From Escherichia coli (GTDB lineage: Bacteria; Pseudomonadota; Gammaproteobacteria; Enterobacterales; Enterobacteriaceae), in the NCBI RefSeq assembly GCF_003334335.1, contig NZ_QOWQ01000219.1: a DNA stretch of 328 nucleotides, one strand, 5' to 3'. Position numbers and translations under genes: made by a program. The notes under the pieces are model-generated. The model saw only the letters and a program-made list of their open reading frames with translations, had not been told where the DNA came from and made no database searches. This document shows, one piece after another, positions 1 to 328 of the stretch (the first letter of the stretch is position 1; every line of letters starts with the position of its first letter).

Positions 1-308
1 TGCAGTCCGCCCTTTCCGGCACCGGCCAGTCGCGGCACAATGTGGATGACCGTTCCCTCACCCAGCTGTTCGTGAAGACGGGCGTACACCGCCTCCGGTG
101 CCGTGTCCTCACCGGCAATACGTATCTGGTACCAGCCTTCGTTCATCTGACGGCGGAATCCGGGCACCTGTAACGACAGCGCCCGGATGGCTTCCGCTGC
201 CGTGTTCACATACAGGCTGAGGCGGCGGCCAAATCGTTGTAAATCCCCGTAAAGGCAGATGCGTGCCAGTGGCGGTGACGCCAGACAGAATGCGTTCGTC
301 GTTGCCAT
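1..308 (-). CDS. I: Phage tail tip assembly protein I (lambda gpI-like), N-terminal 102 codons; 3' end lies beyond plus position 1
   Basis: Minus-strand ORF starting at ATG (complement of plus 306-308) and open to the window edge. The translation matches my recollection of lambda gpI in blocks such as ARICLYGDLQRFGRR, AEAIRAL, GWYQ(I/V)RIAG and VIHIVPR(L/V)AGA-K-GG. Codon usage and GC third-position bias are consistent with enterobacterial coding DNA. Homology is from memory, not a search. Confidence 0.9.
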   Translation of the reverse strand, partial: MATTNAFCLASPPLARICLYGDLQRFGRRLSLYVNTAAEAIRALSLQVPGFRRQMNEGWYQIRIAGEDTAPEAVYARLHEQLGEGTVIHIVPRLAGAGKGGL

Positions 309-328
309 TTTTCGGAATACCTCTCCCG
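206..328 (-). CDS. K: Phage tail tip assembly protein K (lambda gpK-like, JAB/MPN plus NlpC/P60 family), C-terminal 40 codons plus stop; 5' end lies beyond plus position 328
   Basis: Minus-strand frame open from the window edge to TGA (complement of plus 206-208), translating to RERYSEKWQRRTHSVWRHRHWHASAFTGIYNDLAAASACM*. It overlaps the I start by 103 nt in a different frame, the same overlap length I recall for lambda K/I (K 14276..14875, I 14773..15444). The peptide resembles the lambda gpK C-terminus as I remember it (…RERY..KWQRRTHS.WRHR.W.ASAFTGIYNDL.AAS…). Confidence 0.8.
   Translation of the reverse strand, partial: RERYSEKWQRRTHSVWRHRHWHASAFTGIYNDLAAASACM
320..326 (-). promoter_or_regulatory. 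Candidate Shine-Dalgarno element for gene I (GGAGAGG on the minus strand), lying inside the K coding sequence
   Basis: Minus-strand GGAGAGG sits 11 nt upstream of the I start codon. The spacer is longer than the usual 5-9 nt, so this is a weak or atypical ribosome binding site. No other purine-rich motif lies closer to the ATG. Confidence 0.35.

Noticed and set aside
3-170. Plus-strand open frame of about 56 codons, antisense to gene I.
   Set aside because: It sits in the codon-aligned antisense frame of a well-supported gene, where stops are statistically depleted. It has no plausible ribosome binding site or start context and no resemblance to anything I recognise.
159-187. 7-bp GC-rich inverted repeat (tccgggc … gcccgga) with a 15-nt loop.
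   Set aside because: It lies inside the I coding sequence, has no flanking U/T tract on either strand, and the stem is short with a large loop. It is most likely coincidental in GC-rich sequence and is neither a terminator nor a recognisable operator.
320-326. Possibility that gene I starts further upstream, because the I frame stays open (GEVFRK) from the window edge to the ATG.
   Set aside because: There is no ATG, GTG or TTG in frame between the window edge and 306-308, and the N-terminus MATT…LASP…ARICLYG aligns with the lambda gpI N-terminus as I recall it. The upstream open frame is explained by the overlap with K coding sequence.
112-327. A third minus-strand frame is also open for about 72 codons (translation GRGIPKNGNDERIL…DTYCR, stop at complement of plus 109-111), so all three minus frames are open across the K/I overlap.
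   Set aside because: It has no start codon in the window, its composition is Pro/Gly/Arg-rich and low in complexity, and it is typical of the off-frame read-through seen in GC-rich coding DNA. There is no support for a third overlapping gene.
1-328. A novel or previously undescribed system (defence system, toxin, CRISPR, new RNA), as the task suggested might be present.
   Set aside because: The whole window is accounted for by two overlapping, well-characterised lambdoid tail assembly genes. I see no unexplained ORF, repeat array or structured non-coding region, so claiming novelty would be unsupported.
1-328. Chi site (GCTGGTGG) or other short host recombination or regulatory motifs.
   Set aside because: Scanning both strands by eye found no exact Chi octamer. 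Isolated partial matches in 328 bp carry no weight.

Overview
This window is an internal piece of a lambda-like (lambdoid) phage or prophage tail-tip assembly module, read on the minus strand. It holds the last 123 nt of a gpK-like gene (plus 206-328, stop TGA at 206-208) and the first 102 codons of a gpI-like gene (plus 1-308, start ATG at 306-308). The two genes overlap by 103 nt in different frames, which is the same arrangement I recall for lambda K/I. The gpI-like translation is MATTNAFCLASPPLARICLYGDLQRFGRRLSLYVNTAAEAIRALSLQVPGFRRQMNEGWYQIRIAGEDTAPEAVYARLHEQLGEGTVIHIVPRLAGAGKGGL, which closely resembles lambda gpI as I remember it. The gpK-like tail is ...RERYSEKWQRRTHSVWRHRHWHASAFTGIYNDLAAASACM*. 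No rRNA, tRNA, CRISPR, mobile element, terminator or convincing plus-strand gene is present. I find no evidence for a novel system here. The most interesting biology is already described: the ubiquitin-like/diglycine domain of gpI next to the JAB plus NlpC/P60 protein gpK. All homology statements rest on remembered sequences and hand translation, not on a database search.
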